DNA of 64,000 nt, taken from a virus. Below are positions 12,501 through 21,247 of this stretch, piece by piece; within the stretch, counting starts at the first letter, position 1; every line of letters begins with the position of its first letter. Both the position numbers and the translations under genes were made by a program. Location of the stretch: positions 92,697-156,696 of the IMG/VR virus record IMGVR_UViG_3300045738_002037. One strand, written 5' to 3'. The notes beneath the pieces were generated by a model. That model ran no database searches. It saw nothing but the letters and a program-made list of their open reading frames with translations, and was not told the origin of the DNA.

Positions 12501-15500
12501 TTCTGACCATCAATATAGTCTTCTGAAATTCCCTGTATCCGTGAATGCCCATAATTATCAATAACACAGAAATCACTTGGCATCCATTTAATAGATTTAG
12601 GATCTAAATCATGGCCAGTCAGAAATCCATCTGAACCATCAACATCGTGCTGAAATGCAGCTTCAAGTGCTAAAAGCGGTTCATAATCAAACACTGTGCC
12701 GTCAATGTCGCCGGAATACGCTCCCGGCGGAAGGTTATCTTCAAGAGATCTAACCAATAAACCTTTGGTGTTAGTGTTATCCTTGCCAGGTCCAGAGCCT
12801 TCTTCTATCTTTTTAACTGCTTTTTGCGGGCCAGCGCCATCATAAACAATAACCCCGCCCTCAGCAGTATCATCGGCAAGATAAGCTCGGAATTTTAAAT
12901 CGTATGGAAATATGCCGTCTTGCGTCGACGTTGATTCTTCTTTAAAGCTAATTTTTAATTCTGGGGACCATGGGCTATTTCCCATAGTGTTATAAACTAT
13001 ACTAGCTAAATCGCTAATATATTCATTGTCTGGATCATCAGCAAGATTAAACGGCGAAGTACCGTCAAAATGCTGATGTAACGACGGAGGCACGCCGTTA
13101 ACGCTACCCCATTCCGTATCCGTCCGACTGGGTTGCCGTTTCCTTGCATCAGGGTTAGTATAATGGTCTTTGCCCCATCCCATACTATGGAACGATTTTG
13201 AATTATAAAAACCTGGAGTAAGCAGAGCCTGGTTTCCTGCCGCTTGATCGATCCAAAATAAATTAAAATAATGTAAATTATTCGAATATTTTGATGCCAA
13301 TTCTTTTATCAACGAAGTAACATTAACTTTCACACGTTTTAGGGCATACAGATGGCTCCCCTCGTATTCTTCTCCATCATAGCCATGATGATCTTCATCA
13401 CTTTTTCCAATAACAAATTCAGTAGTACGTTCTCTTTTAGAAATTAATTTGCTGTCATCGCCGGGTTCAACTATAATTCTAAGCCTGGGCGCAAAATCTT
13501 CACCTTTAAGCGAGTGTCGAGAGCCTACAATTGTCCTAAACGCAGCATCTCCATTTAATGTTTCTTCATCTGGCACCCACATATATGACAGAATGGATTT
13601 GCCATCGTCAAGTATTTCTTGAGTGACTTCAGTGACATCGCATTCAAAATTTCGAAATGCTCTTTCAGACCCTGTAAAATTAAAAGTCTTGTAAGCAGTT
13701 GTTCTATTTCTACTGAGAACCGAAACCTCATCGCTCAACGAAGATTCATAAGTGTCAACAAACGGATACGCTTTCACATTAGACCCACTACTCAATTCGC
13801 CATATAATTTGCCATATACATTTTGGTCGCCGCCCTCTATGAATGTTTCATGGTCAGGATCGTAGTCATCTGCGCCATTTAATATTAAAACAGCACTTTT
13901 AATCTTTTTGCCGACCAAATCATCAGAGATTTCTGAACCATGAAACATAAAACCAACTGCTCGCGTTACTAACTGGCCAGAGAAAGCCGTTGGAATTGGG
14001 ATCCCGGAAGCACTAGCGCCTCCATGGGAAGTTACATCAGGATATTTTCCAAATCGCAGTTGCCCATTATCGCCTGGAAAATCCCCAACTTCAATCAACC
14101 CATTGCCAACGCCGTCCATGCGCTGCTCGGCGTCCTGTTTACCAGTGGCTGACTGGTCCAATATTGGATCGACAAAACGAACTTTAAACTCATAGAGATA
14201 AGCGTTCTCTTCCGACCATTCATCAGGTTCATTTGAATCTTCTGCGTACCATTTGCCGTCAAAATCAACCTGCCCAGCATTATTAAGATGAGTATCAATT
14301 GAACCTTGCGTACTATTTTCGGCCAATCGATCAGGCGGCATATACATTATTAATTCTGCAGATTCAATCTCCCTACCGCCGATATCAAATTCGCTATGGA
14401 ATCTAAGACCGACATGTCTGTGTCCACCCATTACACGGGCAACTGAGCCTGATAGCTGTGGGTCCCTAGCCAAAGCATGTTCGTCGTAACCTTTATTGCC
14501 ATGCCCAAATTCTATTGCATCGTTTCTTACAGTAACGATTCCTCGCTGCTGGAAGCCCATGGCAATGGGGATATCGTGCTCGTTCGCTTGCCAATAATTT
14601 TGTGTATAGTAAATAATTTCTTCGGCTGCGTCCTCGGCACGATTCACTTTACATCTAGAGATTGTGTTATTATAACCCTTGCCGGGCAGATGCTCAAAAC
14701 CATGATCGTCAAATGACGCATCTTTAGGAAGCAACACTTCAATATCAGCAACAATTTCTGCCGCGTTAGGATAATACGTATTAACTGTTCGCCAAATTCT
14801 ATCGCCATGGTTTATGATCGCAGAATAACGACGGCCCGAAAGTATGTCGGTCGGATCATATTTGCCTAAAATTTCTGGCCATTCCGATGTACCATTGCCG
14901 ACATTTCCATATGGCGAATTAGCGGTGGCAATACAAAACGGCGATATGGTATTTGTTTGTTCCTGAGTGCGAGCAAGCAAAGAAGTTTTTAAGGTATTCG
15001 CGTCTGGAAATAAAAAATTTCTCGTCGAATGTAAAATAACTGAAACTGTTTGCCCCGCAGCAACAGGAACACCCTTGGGATATAAAGTATTGATTAGATC
15101 TAATGAAACCCATTGGCCATCGCCGGTCACATTCACGTCGATATGGAAAGAAGCTAAACTCGCCCCAGCCGCAGATAGATCATCGCCGTCGATTATCTCC
15201 ACAGACATTGTGCCCGACAGCGATTGCTCGCACGTGGGATCCCATCCAGCGGACCTCGACGTCCCACGCTGCCATAACGAACCTACGTCGGACGCGTGAT
15301 CAGTAGAAATACGTATTGCGTCTGCAAAAACCGGAACTCTCATCTCCGTTTCAGGAAAGACCACCAATCCTTCATGCTGGTACATTATTACTTCAATTGA
15401 CTGACCTTCTTCTACAGTAAGGATACCGTCCGGATTTGGGGTAGAAGCTAAAATTTCCCATGTAGCACTTGTTATCAAAACAAGACCAGGTGGTGGCACA

Positions 15501-18500
15501 CTCCACGGATTGGCGGTTTCATTTAGAGCGGGGTCGTACTCGGATACGGTCTTACCAGATGGCGCTCGAGCTTTAAATGAATTGGGACTGACACTTTGAT
15601 CGACGTATGCATCATAACGACTGCCCACCGGAACATCGTCAGCACTTAGCAATTGATAAGTGAATTTCACGTTGTCATGGCCAGGGACGCTGCCAAGCTG
15701 GTTTCCGTAGCCGCTGCCGCCTCCAGGCATCACAATCGACGGCCATGTGGCAGATATTTGATAATCACCAGCTGGCAGATCACGAAATTTCCAAGTCGCT
15801 GTTAATAGGTCTGGCCCATGTATCGATGGCATATCCTCTGAAGAAAAAGCAATCTCATAGGACCCACCCCAGACTGAGTTTGGATTGCCGCCTTTTCTCC
15901 AATCGACGTCGTCATGCATAATATAGCTCTGATAGCCCCCGCCGTGGGGCATCCTGAGAAATTCTGTCTTCTTTCCTGCGATCCGGGAAGTATAATTCTC
16001 GTCGTAATTGTCAATTATATATGTGTTAACTGTAGGAAGGCGACGCGGGTCAGGGCTTTTTCCATACAAATAAACTTCAAACTTTGAAAAATATCCACTA
16101 TTGTCAAATCTTATTGTCTGACCTATTCTATCCGCGAACCGGCCCGGTAGTGTCGGTTGTGCTACGGAGCTAAAAATAGGAGAATCATTTTGAAGATATG
16201 GAGGATATATTGTCGCTAATGTAGTGTCAGTGTTAAGTTCACTATTCCAAATAATTTGCGGGCTGGACATAGCCCCATAAGGATGCGTTTGTTCCTCAAT
16301 AAGCTGCTTTTGATCTATCACAGAAGTTGAAATATTATCTAATAAGGTTAATTCAAGCGGTATGTGCTCACATAATAACAATGTGCCGTTCGAATTAAAT
16401 GAACTATAAACCGACGTCTTGTGGGTATTATATTGTTTAAACGCTAATTTAGCTTTTGGTATATCGTTATCATCATGAACTCTTACTCCAGTCCCAGAAT
16501 TCTTGCTGATTCTTTTAACTGGAACTTTAGTAACAGGGTCTAAACCGGATTCTAAAAAATCACCTGAATATTTGACATCCGGCAGATCCATACTAGGAAT
16601 CGTACCAACATAGTCATATACTGCGCTTTTTAATTGTTTTGGAACAGTCCACTTAGAAGCAGGGCCACCACTAGGAGGGTCATCTGAATCTCCAGACAAC
16701 TGACCGATAAATAGATCACCGCTTGGCCCAAGTGGAATTGGCAACAATGTTTCAGAATCATACGTTCTTGACGTTCCACTATATGACGGATAAGTCACAA
16801 GCACGTCAGACGTCGCTGACAAAGTTTGACCATTTTGATCACGTCTATATCCAACTTCAAATCGTTTTACATATCCTGTTCCATTTACTATATCATTTTT
16901 AATGCGGTCATCATCCGTATCGCCACTAGAATAAGTTTTAGACGATGTATTAAACGACGATCTGGACGAATTCATTCCGACATTATCTAAAATGGTTCTA
17001 TAATCATTAGACTTCATCGCCGTAGAACTGATTAAATCTAAATCACTTTTAACAACCCAATTTGCCGCATCATCATAAGATGTTACAAACGATGCGCCAG
17101 TTATATTAAATGGTCCAGACCCATTGCCGTCATCCCAAATATGAGCATCAAAACTTACATCTGCGTCATATCCGCCACTAGAATCCGGTACAGGAGAACC
17201 GGGGCGCGGAACAAGATAATCATTTGAAATTAATTCATTGTCTTCTAAATAAACCGCCACTCCATCTTTAGCGCCAGCCCCATCTTTCTTATACACAAAA
17301 AATAGCCCAGTAAAATTCGTGTATGGCGGTTGTCCTTGTGTGGAACCAGTAAGAGCAGTCGGCGGTTCATTTTTAGCCCATGGTCTGGTGTTTCGACCAG
17401 GGACAACAATATTGCCTAACACAGAAACCTTGGGGCCTTCCGTGCCAGCGCCAATCACTTGGAATACTTGTTGCTGAGGATTATAAATGATGGAATTAGT
17501 ACATATAGCACTATTTTCTTTACCAACATAACCATTGGCAATATTAAAAGGATCTCTTTTATTAAAATGGGCAAATACACATTTTTTAATTTGAACTTTG
17601 TTTACACCAGAACCCATCGATAAACCAGCAGATTGACCTTGCGCGCCCTCTAAACCTTCCGCAATTATAGAATTTTGAATTGTTACATAGCTAACTTGCC
17701 CTTCTATATTGGCACTATAGTCCTTTGGTTCTATATCAACTATTTCATCAACACCCCACGACAACGAACAATGATCAATCAAAATATTTTTAAGAACATT
17801 GCCCCAAGGCTTATTGTGCCTATACTTAATTTGCAAAGCATCAGAAGATTCACCATTGGTCTTAGTTGACCGATGCCAGCCGGATCTTATAGCAATATGT
17901 CTTAATAAAACATGGGGCGCTTCAATTGCTATAGACGCGCCGATTACAGTTATTCCAGGTTCAGGTGCAGTCTCGCCAGCAACAACGCAATTTGGTTCCG
18001 TAACGACCATGTTTAACATACGCTTATAAACGTTAGGCTGAGGATTAATCCTAGTGCTTTTTCTAAGATCAATAATACCGCCTACTTCAAACACAATAAT
18101 TCTTTCACCAGGAGTCGATAAGGCATGGTGAAGAGTTATGTCGCCTTCTACATAATCCGGATCAGTATCATCTGCCGCTAGAGAATTAACTTTTATGACT
18201 TTAACACTATCAGAATCTGAATTATCTGGCGAAAATTCACCGCTAATAACTAGTTCTGCGTCTGAAAAGCGGATTTCATTATCACTAATATTGCCGCCAC
18301 TGTATCCAAATAATAATATATGATGGTCTATTGTGTCCGGCGCACTACCGCTAAATATTACTTTCCCAGGAGCAATAGCAGTCATCAATACGTTAAAAAA
18401 TTCAAATTCACTAGGCCCAACTGGCGATAAACCATCCACACCGCCAGCGTGCTCAATGCTTCCTTCTTTAAGATTGCCCGCTTGACCAAAGCCGTCATAC

Positions 18501-19363
18501 GGACTTACATGCCCAATGGTGCCTTTATCTTCTGTTAAATCCTTATTATAAGTGATATTTAAATAGGCAGCGAATATCCCAGATGAATAAGCAGGATTTT
18601 GGTCTTCTCGTAAATCTTGAACAAACGCGCGAATATAATATTCTTCGCCCACGTTTATATTAGATATAGGATTACCACTTGCGTCAGTAGCGGCAATCCT
18701 AATCTGCACTAATTCATGGCCAGACAACGGCGACACCACATTGCCAACAATAGGTACAATGTCTGGCATTGACATTGAAGACGGCACTTCAGGAACAGCG
18801 ACTGCTTCAACAACACCAGGGACCAATGGCTGATCCTCTGGAACAAGCTGCACCAACCTCTTTACATTATTATAATATTCTGTGCCAATAATAGAAACTA
18901 AATTGCCGGATAACACAGTCCCAAATGTACCGCCACTACTGTGATCCCATGCAAACAATTCCCCGCCGGGAGTTATATAATAATATTGCCTACCTATATT
19001 TCGACTATCATAGAACGGCGCTCCAGTAGAATTATATTCTACGAACCAATTGCCGGTTATCCATTTTTCATTTTCGCCACCAAAATTAAGATAATGATTA
19101 GCACTACCACTTAAAGCAAATTCGAATACAGAAGCATCAAAATCACCCAACACTAATACAGAATTCGCTTGCTTTCCTTGCGGCGAATCAGCTGGAAAAG
19201 CTTCGATCTCTTTTTGCGTAACACTGATTAATTCGACAAACGTGGACTGGCCTATTTCATCATTAAAACCAACATTGTCCCACACAGAATTGTCGGAACT
19301 TGGTTGCGCATTATTGCCGCTCTGACCAACGGCTTTCCGCACTGCATCAAATCCATCAGACAT
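3506..19363 (-). CDS. giant (~5,285 aa) multidomain protein, probable virion fibre/adhesin: two pectate-lyase-like beta-helices, YWTD beta-propeller repeats, Golvesin-like and cohesin-like modules, poly-Thr linkers
   Basis: Uninterrupted 15.9-kb ORF; ATG 19363 preferred over TTG 19381. PL1-like motifs occur twice (RIIVFEVGGxID, VAGETAPxPGIT, ILIDHCSLSWG, QNxIIxEGL). Also KMYWT/KMYWL/HMYWT repeats, ATWKFRDLPAGDYQISATWP and Thr-run linkers. Confidence 0.8.
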   Translation of the reverse strand: MSDGFDAVRKAVGQSGNNAQPSSDNSVWDNVGFNDEIGQSTFVELISVTQKEIEAFPADSPQGKQANSVLVLGDFDASVFEFALSGSANHYLNFGGENEKWITGNWFVEYNSTGAPFYDSRNIGRQYYYITPGGELFAWDHSSGGTFGTVLSGNLVSIIGTEYYNNVKRLVQLVPEDQPLVPGVVEAVAVPEVPSSMSMPDIVPIVGNVVSPLSGHELVQIRIAATDASGNPISNINVGEEYYIRAFVQDLREDQNPAYSSGIFAAYLNITYNKDLTEDKGTIGHVSPYDGFGQAGNLKEGSIEHAGGVDGLSPVGPSEFEFFNVLMTAIAPGKVIFSGSAPDTIDHHILLFGYSGGNISDNEIRFSDAELVISGEFSPDNSDSDSVKVIKVNSLAADDTDPDYVEGDITLHHALSTPGERIIVFEVGGIIDLRKSTRINPQPNVYKRMLNMVVTEPNCVVAGETAPEPGITVIGASIAIEAPHVLLRHIAIRSGWHRSTKTNGESSDALQIKYRHNKPWGNVLKNILIDHCSLSWGVDEIVDIEPKDYSANIEGQVSYVTIQNSIIAEGLEGAQGQSAGLSMGSGVNKVQIKKCVFAHFNKRDPFNIANGYVGKENSAICTNSIIYNPQQQVFQVIGAGTEGPKVSVLGNIVVPGRNTRPWAKNEPPTALTGSTQGQPPYTNFTGLFFVYKKDGAGAKDGVAVYLEDNELISNDYLVPRPGSPVPDSSGGYDADVSFDAHIWDDGNGSGPFNITGASFVTSYDDAANWVVKSDLDLISSTAMKSNDYRTILDNVGMNSSRSSFNTSSKTYSSGDTDDDRIKNDIVNGTGYVKRFEVGYRRDQNGQTLSATSDVLVTYPSYSGTSRTYDSETLLPIPLGPSGDLFIGQLSGDSDDPPSGGPASKWTVPKQLKSAVYDYVGTIPSMDLPDVKYSGDFLESGLDPVTKVPVKRISKNSGTGVRVHDDNDIPKAKLAFKQYNTHKTSVYSSFNSNGTLLLCEHIPLELTLLDNISTSVIDQKQLIEEQTHPYGAMSSPQIIWNSELNTDTTLATIYPPYLQNDSPIFSSVAQPTLPGRFADRIGQTIRFDNSGYFSKFEVYLYGKSPDPRRLPTVNTYIIDNYDENYTSRIAGKKTEFLRMPHGGGYQSYIMHDDVDWRKGGNPNSVWGGSYEIAFSSEDMPSIHGPDLLTATWKFRDLPAGDYQISATWPSIVMPGGGSGYGNQLGSVPGHDNVKFTYQLLSADDVPVGSRYDAYVDQSVSPNSFKARAPSGKTVSEYDPALNETANPWSVPPPGLVLITSATWEILASTPNPDGILTVEEGQSIEVIMYQHEGLVVFPETEMRVPVFADAIRISTDHASDVGSLWQRGTSRSAGWDPTCEQSLSGTMSVEIIDGDDLSAAGASLASFHIDVNVTGDGQWVSLDLINTLYPKGVPVAAGQTVSVILHSTRNFLFPDANTLKTSLLARTQEQTNTISPFCIATANSPYGNVGNGTSEWPEILGKYDPTDILSGRRYSAIINHGDRIWRTVNTYYPNAAEIVADIEVLLPKDASFDDHGFEHLPGKGYNNTISRCKVNRAEDAAEEIIYYTQNYWQANEHDIPIAMGFQQRGIVTVRNDAIEFGHGNKGYDEHALARDPQLSGSVARVMGGHRHVGLRFHSEFDIGGREIESAELIMYMPPDRLAENSTQGSIDTHLNNAGQVDFDGKWYAEDSNEPDEWSEENAYLYEFKVRFVDPILDQSATGKQDAEQRMDGVGNGLIEVGDFPGDNGQLRFGKYPDVTSHGGASASGIPIPTAFSGQLVTRAVGFMFHGSEISDDLVGKKIKSAVLILNGADDYDPDHETFIEGGDQNVYGKLYGELSSGSNVKAYPFVDTYESSLSDEVSVLSRNRTTAYKTFNFTGSERAFRNFECDVTEVTQEILDDGKSILSYMWVPDEETLNGDAAFRTIVGSRHSLKGEDFAPRLRIIVEPGDDSKLISKRERTTEFVIGKSDEDHHGYDGEEYEGSHLYALKRVKVNVTSLIKELASKYSNNLHYFNLFWIDQAAGNQALLTPGFYNSKSFHSMGWGKDHYTNPDARKRQPSRTDTEWGSVNGVPPSLHQHFDGTSPFNLADDPDNEYISDLASIVYNTMGNSPWSPELKISFKEESTSTQDGIFPYDLKFRAYLADDTAEGGVIVYDGAGPQKAVKKIEEGSGPGKDNTNTKGLLVRSLEDNLPPGAYSGDIDGTVFDYEPLLALEAAFQHDVDGSDGFLTGHDLDPKSIKWMPSDFCVIDNYGHSRIQGISEDYIDGQNLTVGIDANDRRILKVIKLDTDGETPVKKRKRFPFYILNCASSVPVHKTVVLDNGESVERSYMAVIGTPYGSCDTVGGLRCDAAGGSTGSNDTWTDNVTNRPVTAHGAYNGDLWLYIINLNSILESTTSDYGEEVIAAFNLSGVNEREIYESYYNHPAFATSFITGIGGQDTGLWPTELFASVSDPGTIHVRQDIVTVDGTNYFVGPDEESLQFSQDGRHVLVKYAGVDVQGKSRDIWRMFDVGDFAYKATNPSWSRPFADDSRKPSVDRKPNVLVGQNEIQRFTVSWSNTSNASFRIFKRYKNHPDRTAIIPASVFRSAGGLTGNDRQNNYSSSKFEKYMERQFNNYSPAGLNYHRSTTDGNRVWAENPDACVVRFVSNVKARGKPETYRRSVGSKIVERGWPGRPDVYTVVFDVEWSGTKGNTPPAGTNQIIHYLAAYDRLRTVFGSRPARYMEPTGRVEIIQEGTYCNPHIWLNRAESKAFGYNCEPGQPRRTLIPLVAAVVAGVTVVDNLVGPIYRPGTSGNAVADYKDYGIRPHNFSYLDTGLLDGRGTDQGGHLLTDRGATRGVIPLNQISALSFAYGQKFLDITTAAPDQFLAIASDSWADVTIADSYDCTGLVRTTTTTTTTAVPDITVQKLYYVSNSDNNGLPNTIRRWPPERLELGKNKWLDAPNDEILVSDQDGATDIAIDNINQKMYWTIATSVQNSSIPNPAGAVPSVGKIMRADLDGTNVEDITPPGGRSINPHGIALDVVRGKMYWLEDHVDDSAARGEVRRANLDGSGEQLLTTTDPPLQSSKSLTLEEVPNYFTSKSAPTDNIISDIKTYNLGSSIESIVYSGALRLITGSRGSAKLTFPASVDLTNILVENVQSGPKALFSTGTQLSPLGYTYTATKTTFFPFKPEPNYHFAAVESLFYGIQDSTGSQLVGKQSWMPVNKVSEVVVMLDRQWLVQDIYRPPRSPVIGQYNTRLRYHIYKGYCSDAALAIAKRQMTAAAFRTYKRDCQNRCIRNGQYYYPSQSPCSFNNNHALDKYIADSGYFGFDIDNQKFLRNLHPVCERRPHDAPAYDSIGVVDRVPYPPYTSADTASGETRKHDVYEGTILRYFGAPVARDPVKDGPGVFDYSYGDPGYEAYRKSHSFAPNMTGSQTKVFSWPIPASIDLLFIDPWGNTPLSSDHISGLKDWLALGHKRLVILGGHHSDFANHKTGSAYHDLVQQLDVGITVKNVHVGASSNWRAKRSSGHPLVDGGASRLEHLGLYRPSRLALDLENGHMYWTEYATADADGPYPGRLRRANLSGSSKVILRDGLTGIDNVRGIDLDVKNQHIYLSTVETIPPRTNDNRYPEHGTAKILKLDFDGSDVSTVGSRLPRGVLFNYHYSLGPQSPNDIILDLDNQYVYVANHMAYERTADIAKGDHIQRFGFGGDGSVILSLQVCPPATATGVALAKVVMPAFDVQLQDADLLRHIAGGVIPLYDSKDDIYPNGRIGRIVVLNCTKSSEFEDRVSYEINPRKGFWSCPDNWAALSNPTSVKFESQQYEAKIYDITGLQNPIRLRSGGRRDFSTLHAAYAFVAYGPDREYNADNTINITGGLYRDEIVAYNVEDPNVGMVRLTHTRTNAWTKGVPGSGGKPAVVLPEPEGNISTEFSDVSDVNVLKVTTLSPTGPGSLYEALTTQGPRIIVFEVGGVIDFRNADELQGESAGRDVILPINIDIPNCVVAGETAPDPGITIIGTALLVRASNVLIRNIYIRHGDHDKASTGIEATGQGVALGVIAHGPDPTIENILIDHCSLSWGLQACAKIQPSTVAGSTCRYITFQNCIISEGLSSPTGAPGLLMSAADAETGSNHILVKRCLYAHIGVAGPFDNTSARAQGQMANSAICVNSIIYNPQFHAASVSGAGLSGPQLAMLGNIVVPGLFTKAYRKNRLSNLEGGNEYSHDGTDFTGLLYVRSQSAETIAIYLNDNELIKNAHLTGDGGFDYDVSIDARRSDPPWNGISGTPVTSFVNSYAATGLNDWLNKDTDLDLITSAVLKVDNYSILLNDVGANTSRSSFNGVAYSGGDSIDDRIKNELLNLTGGILLGLEQGSETKAGWEDAVGGYPTYDLVSRIYDPSTLDPVPIGPNGNHIVGKDGYDPSTDSFADPFYAKPNLIVSSDGTKLVYNSTWTGEGGTHVNAPYGPYVPGYHLLIDLVEAQLVGPVDGTTTTTTTMPPDSNSRNGIGVLETPVAEFSGQGDYLPFVCEVVNVILKPHADFFRDSPTETCSPAGSCLINPIVTTGSAADHNNDERMTVPGLVWSGLSGYNTLSNGTVVNNGIGPFYPNIIDPDDGKFVQSWGQIFAERELIIGFNGVDMNPGDNSGPHVDVNWNEVIAINKATLTLKFDNIQQQQFDLLPSDGIGTEITLYKDIHNYSPYGEPCAIDQFEISKVYPSPCRNPNHSFFAAEHFRRTISRSSDINPRQLPSTWAEDRDVRVTHDNKIDVCPEVFDGSCDRLNGLFVGIRRLSWSRASVGGANNIIAAVETIPLSDGGDILGEVVLIADTTFLMYESFSRGGQTGLSGLANNRENQQFMVNLYPECNPTVGASASVVNVVGYKSFAENDRNYPINMLRVFGSRNLFPAAQGLYVKGGHVGPISGTDSNGRDLAFAKLVMIDPLTVLSPDDVQNIKNWMLLGEGRRVVVVYEYEVADTSRARAILEALGTKMRPDPQDRVTNAGTWQARPISGHPIIDGIDPYDANDLAGRSIRLCDKISTVFYGGIVPIDFNNGNARPLLLGGIVCPNYPDCEDNPEAQDSAPRYNGTKLLSMSLELELEICDEIVPHTTTTSSTTTEEPDISTNASDGGVILGNISGSGFGSSCLPEALQTEICLDFVPPPPYDYPEKYVPDPKDFEEVIVEPCALVLTANKSVRLELERDLFDPNRTYEGSLATVKLLTRAKGYDVNKYAPYLRVGNRLRATSYDTVVATGMSIILVDKSMDVSRREGLILDRITSREILPDRMRWPDQT

Positions 19364-19416
19364 AAATATACCGTCTTTCAATAGTTTAAAATATAATGCT
19401 ACTAATAGATTTGAAT

Positions 19417-19821
19417 TTAGAGATCAGACACTTCTGATCTCTTGGAATTTTTAAGGTCCTTGATAACATTCTTAACAAGTTCATTCATACTGTCAGCGCC
19501 ATCTTTCATTTTAACCGTGTAAATCTTTTTAAGTTTTTTTTCATTGACACTACTGGCCAATATTGGATCTAATTTCTTCATTGCTGACACTGATTCGGCC
19601 AGCCCAACAATAAATTGGTCGTCATCGTCATCCCATTTTTCACCCAGAAGCGGCATCCCAGTCCTTTTCAAACATTTAAGAAACACTTTATAGGAAATTG
19701 TTTCATTTATAATTTGTTCCCATTCATTGTCAGACAGTTGACATTGTAGTCCCATAATACTACCTTCAAATTCTCTAATACTGCCTTCAAACACAAAATA
19801 AACAGTGTCAGTGCCTTCCAT
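19417..19821 (-). CDS. hypothetical protein
   Basis: 134 aa; GGAGGG SD-like site and TATAAATA upstream on the minus strand. Confidence 0.7.
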   Translation of the reverse strand: MEGTDTVYFVFEGSIREFEGSIMGLQCQLSDNEWEQIINETISYKVFLKCLKRTGMPLLGEKWDDDDDQFIVGLAESVSAMKKLDPILASSVNEKKLKKIYTVKMKDGADSMNELVKNVIKDLKNSKRSEVSDL

Positions 19822-19876
19822 ACTTAACCCTCCAAATTGGTAAGTAATTTAAACTATTTATAGTTAGGAAACCATC

Positions 19877-20707
19877 ATGCTTACATTAAAAATTTCCGAC
19901 TCAATAACTATCGGCAATAATGAATTAGCAATAATAACCGGGCCGTGTGTCATCGAATCTAGAGACATGGTGCTGACAATAGCTGAAAAAATAAAAGAAA
20001 TCAGCGAAGAATTGTCTATTCCAATAATATTTAAAGCATCATTTGACAAGGCCAATAGAAGCTCTATAAAATCCTATAGAGGGCCAGGAATAGATGATGG
20101 ACTAAAAATATTAGACGAAGTTAAAAGCCAATTCGGTCTATCTGTAACAACTGATATCCACGAGCCATCGCAAGCTGCTAAAACAGCAGAAGTATGTGAT
20201 ATTTTACAAATACCAGCCTTTTTATGCAGACAAACAGACCTGTTAGCAGCTGCCGCTAGCACTGGCAAAACAATAAATGTTAAAAAAGGTCAATTTATGG
20301 CACCATGGGATATGAGCAACGTTATTAACAAATTATTAGAATGTAACAATCCTAAAATTATGCTTACAGAAAGAGGCACGACATTCGGATACGGTAGACT
20401 AGTAAATGATATGCGGTCAATACCGTTAATGCGCAAATTTGGATACCCAGTAGTGTTTGACGCAACACATAGCGTACAGCTTCCAGGTACTGGCGGCGAT
20501 AAAACTGAAGGCGAAAGGCATATGGTTCCGACACTTGCTAAAGCAGCTATCGCATGTGGAATTGATGCTTTGTTTCTTGAAACCCACCCAGACCCAGATA
20601 ATGCTAAAAGCGATGGACCAAACATGATCGAATTGCACAAACTACGCAATTTACTCACCGATTGCCTAAAAATACATAAAGTAATCAGGGAATGCCGCGA
20701 AAGATAA
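19877..20707 (+). CDS. kdsA: KDO8P synthase (2-dehydro-3-deoxyphosphooctonate aldolase)
   Basis: GPCVIES, KASFDKANRSS, QIPAFLCRQTDLL, VKKGQF, ERGTTFGY, FDATHSVQ, ETHPDPDNAKSDG: all KdsA signatures; full length. Confidence 0.97.
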   Translation: MLTLKISDSITIGNNELAIITGPCVIESRDMVLTIAEKIKEISEELSIPIIFKASFDKANRSSIKSYRGPGIDDGLKILDEVKSQFGLSVTTDIHEPSQAAKTAEVCDILQIPAFLCRQTDLLAAAASTGKTINVKKGQFMAPWDMSNVINKLLECNNPKIMLTERGTTFGYGRLVNDMRSIPLMRKFGYPVVFDATHSVQLPGTGGDKTEGERHMVPTLAKAAIACGIDALFLETHPDPDNAKSDGPNMIELHKLRNLLTDCLKIHKVIRECRER

Positions 20708-20737
20708 ATTAGTGATGACAAATGCGAAGCCGAAATC

Positions 20738-21244
20738 TCAGAATAACAATTTCTTTATTTCCGCCATTCTACTATCCATCCACGCTAATGGATTAGAATA
20801 TTTAACTAGACCAACATTGCTAAGATCAGCAATGTTTATAGATTTAGACCAATCTTCATCATCCATCAACATTGATGCTTCATCACTTTTTATAGAATAA
20901 TAAACAACTCTTGAAATATGATTCGCAGCAATATTTAACATGCATGACGAGCATGGCCTACCAGTAACGTATATCGTGGACCTGCTCAGATCACCATAAG
21001 AATGCCTAATCGCATTGGCTTCGGCATGAACAATATATTTATATTTTGCGGGCCGCGACCAATCTATTTTATCATCTGGTATTTGTTCAGGCGGGCCATT
21101 ATAACCCCACCCTCTGGGCCTATTGTCTCTGTCTATTATAATAGAGCCACATTGTGTATGCGGGTCTTTGCTTTTAGATGCTACCCAAAAAGCAAGCCCC
21201 ATATAAAATGAATCCCTGTCGGGAACCAACCTAAATTCAACCAT
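20738..21244 (-). CDS. dCMP deaminase family protein
   Basis: SKDPHTQCG, GYNGPP, HAEANAI and PCSSC zinc motifs. Confidence 0.92.
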   Translation of the reverse strand: MVEFRLVPDRDSFYMGLAFWVASKSKDPHTQCGSIIIDRDNRPRGWGYNGPPEQIPDDKIDWSRPAKYKYIVHAEANAIRHSYGDLSRSTIYVTGRPCSSCMLNIAANHISRVVYYSIKSDEASMLMDDEDWSKSINIADLSNVGLVKYSNPLAWMDSRMAEIKKLLF

Positions 21245-21247
21245 TGC

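Noticed and set aside
4567-18029. Numerous 60-180 aa ORFs inside the giant gene
   Set aside because: They are antisense or alternate-frame shadows of a long real ORF, with no motifs or ribosome-binding sites.
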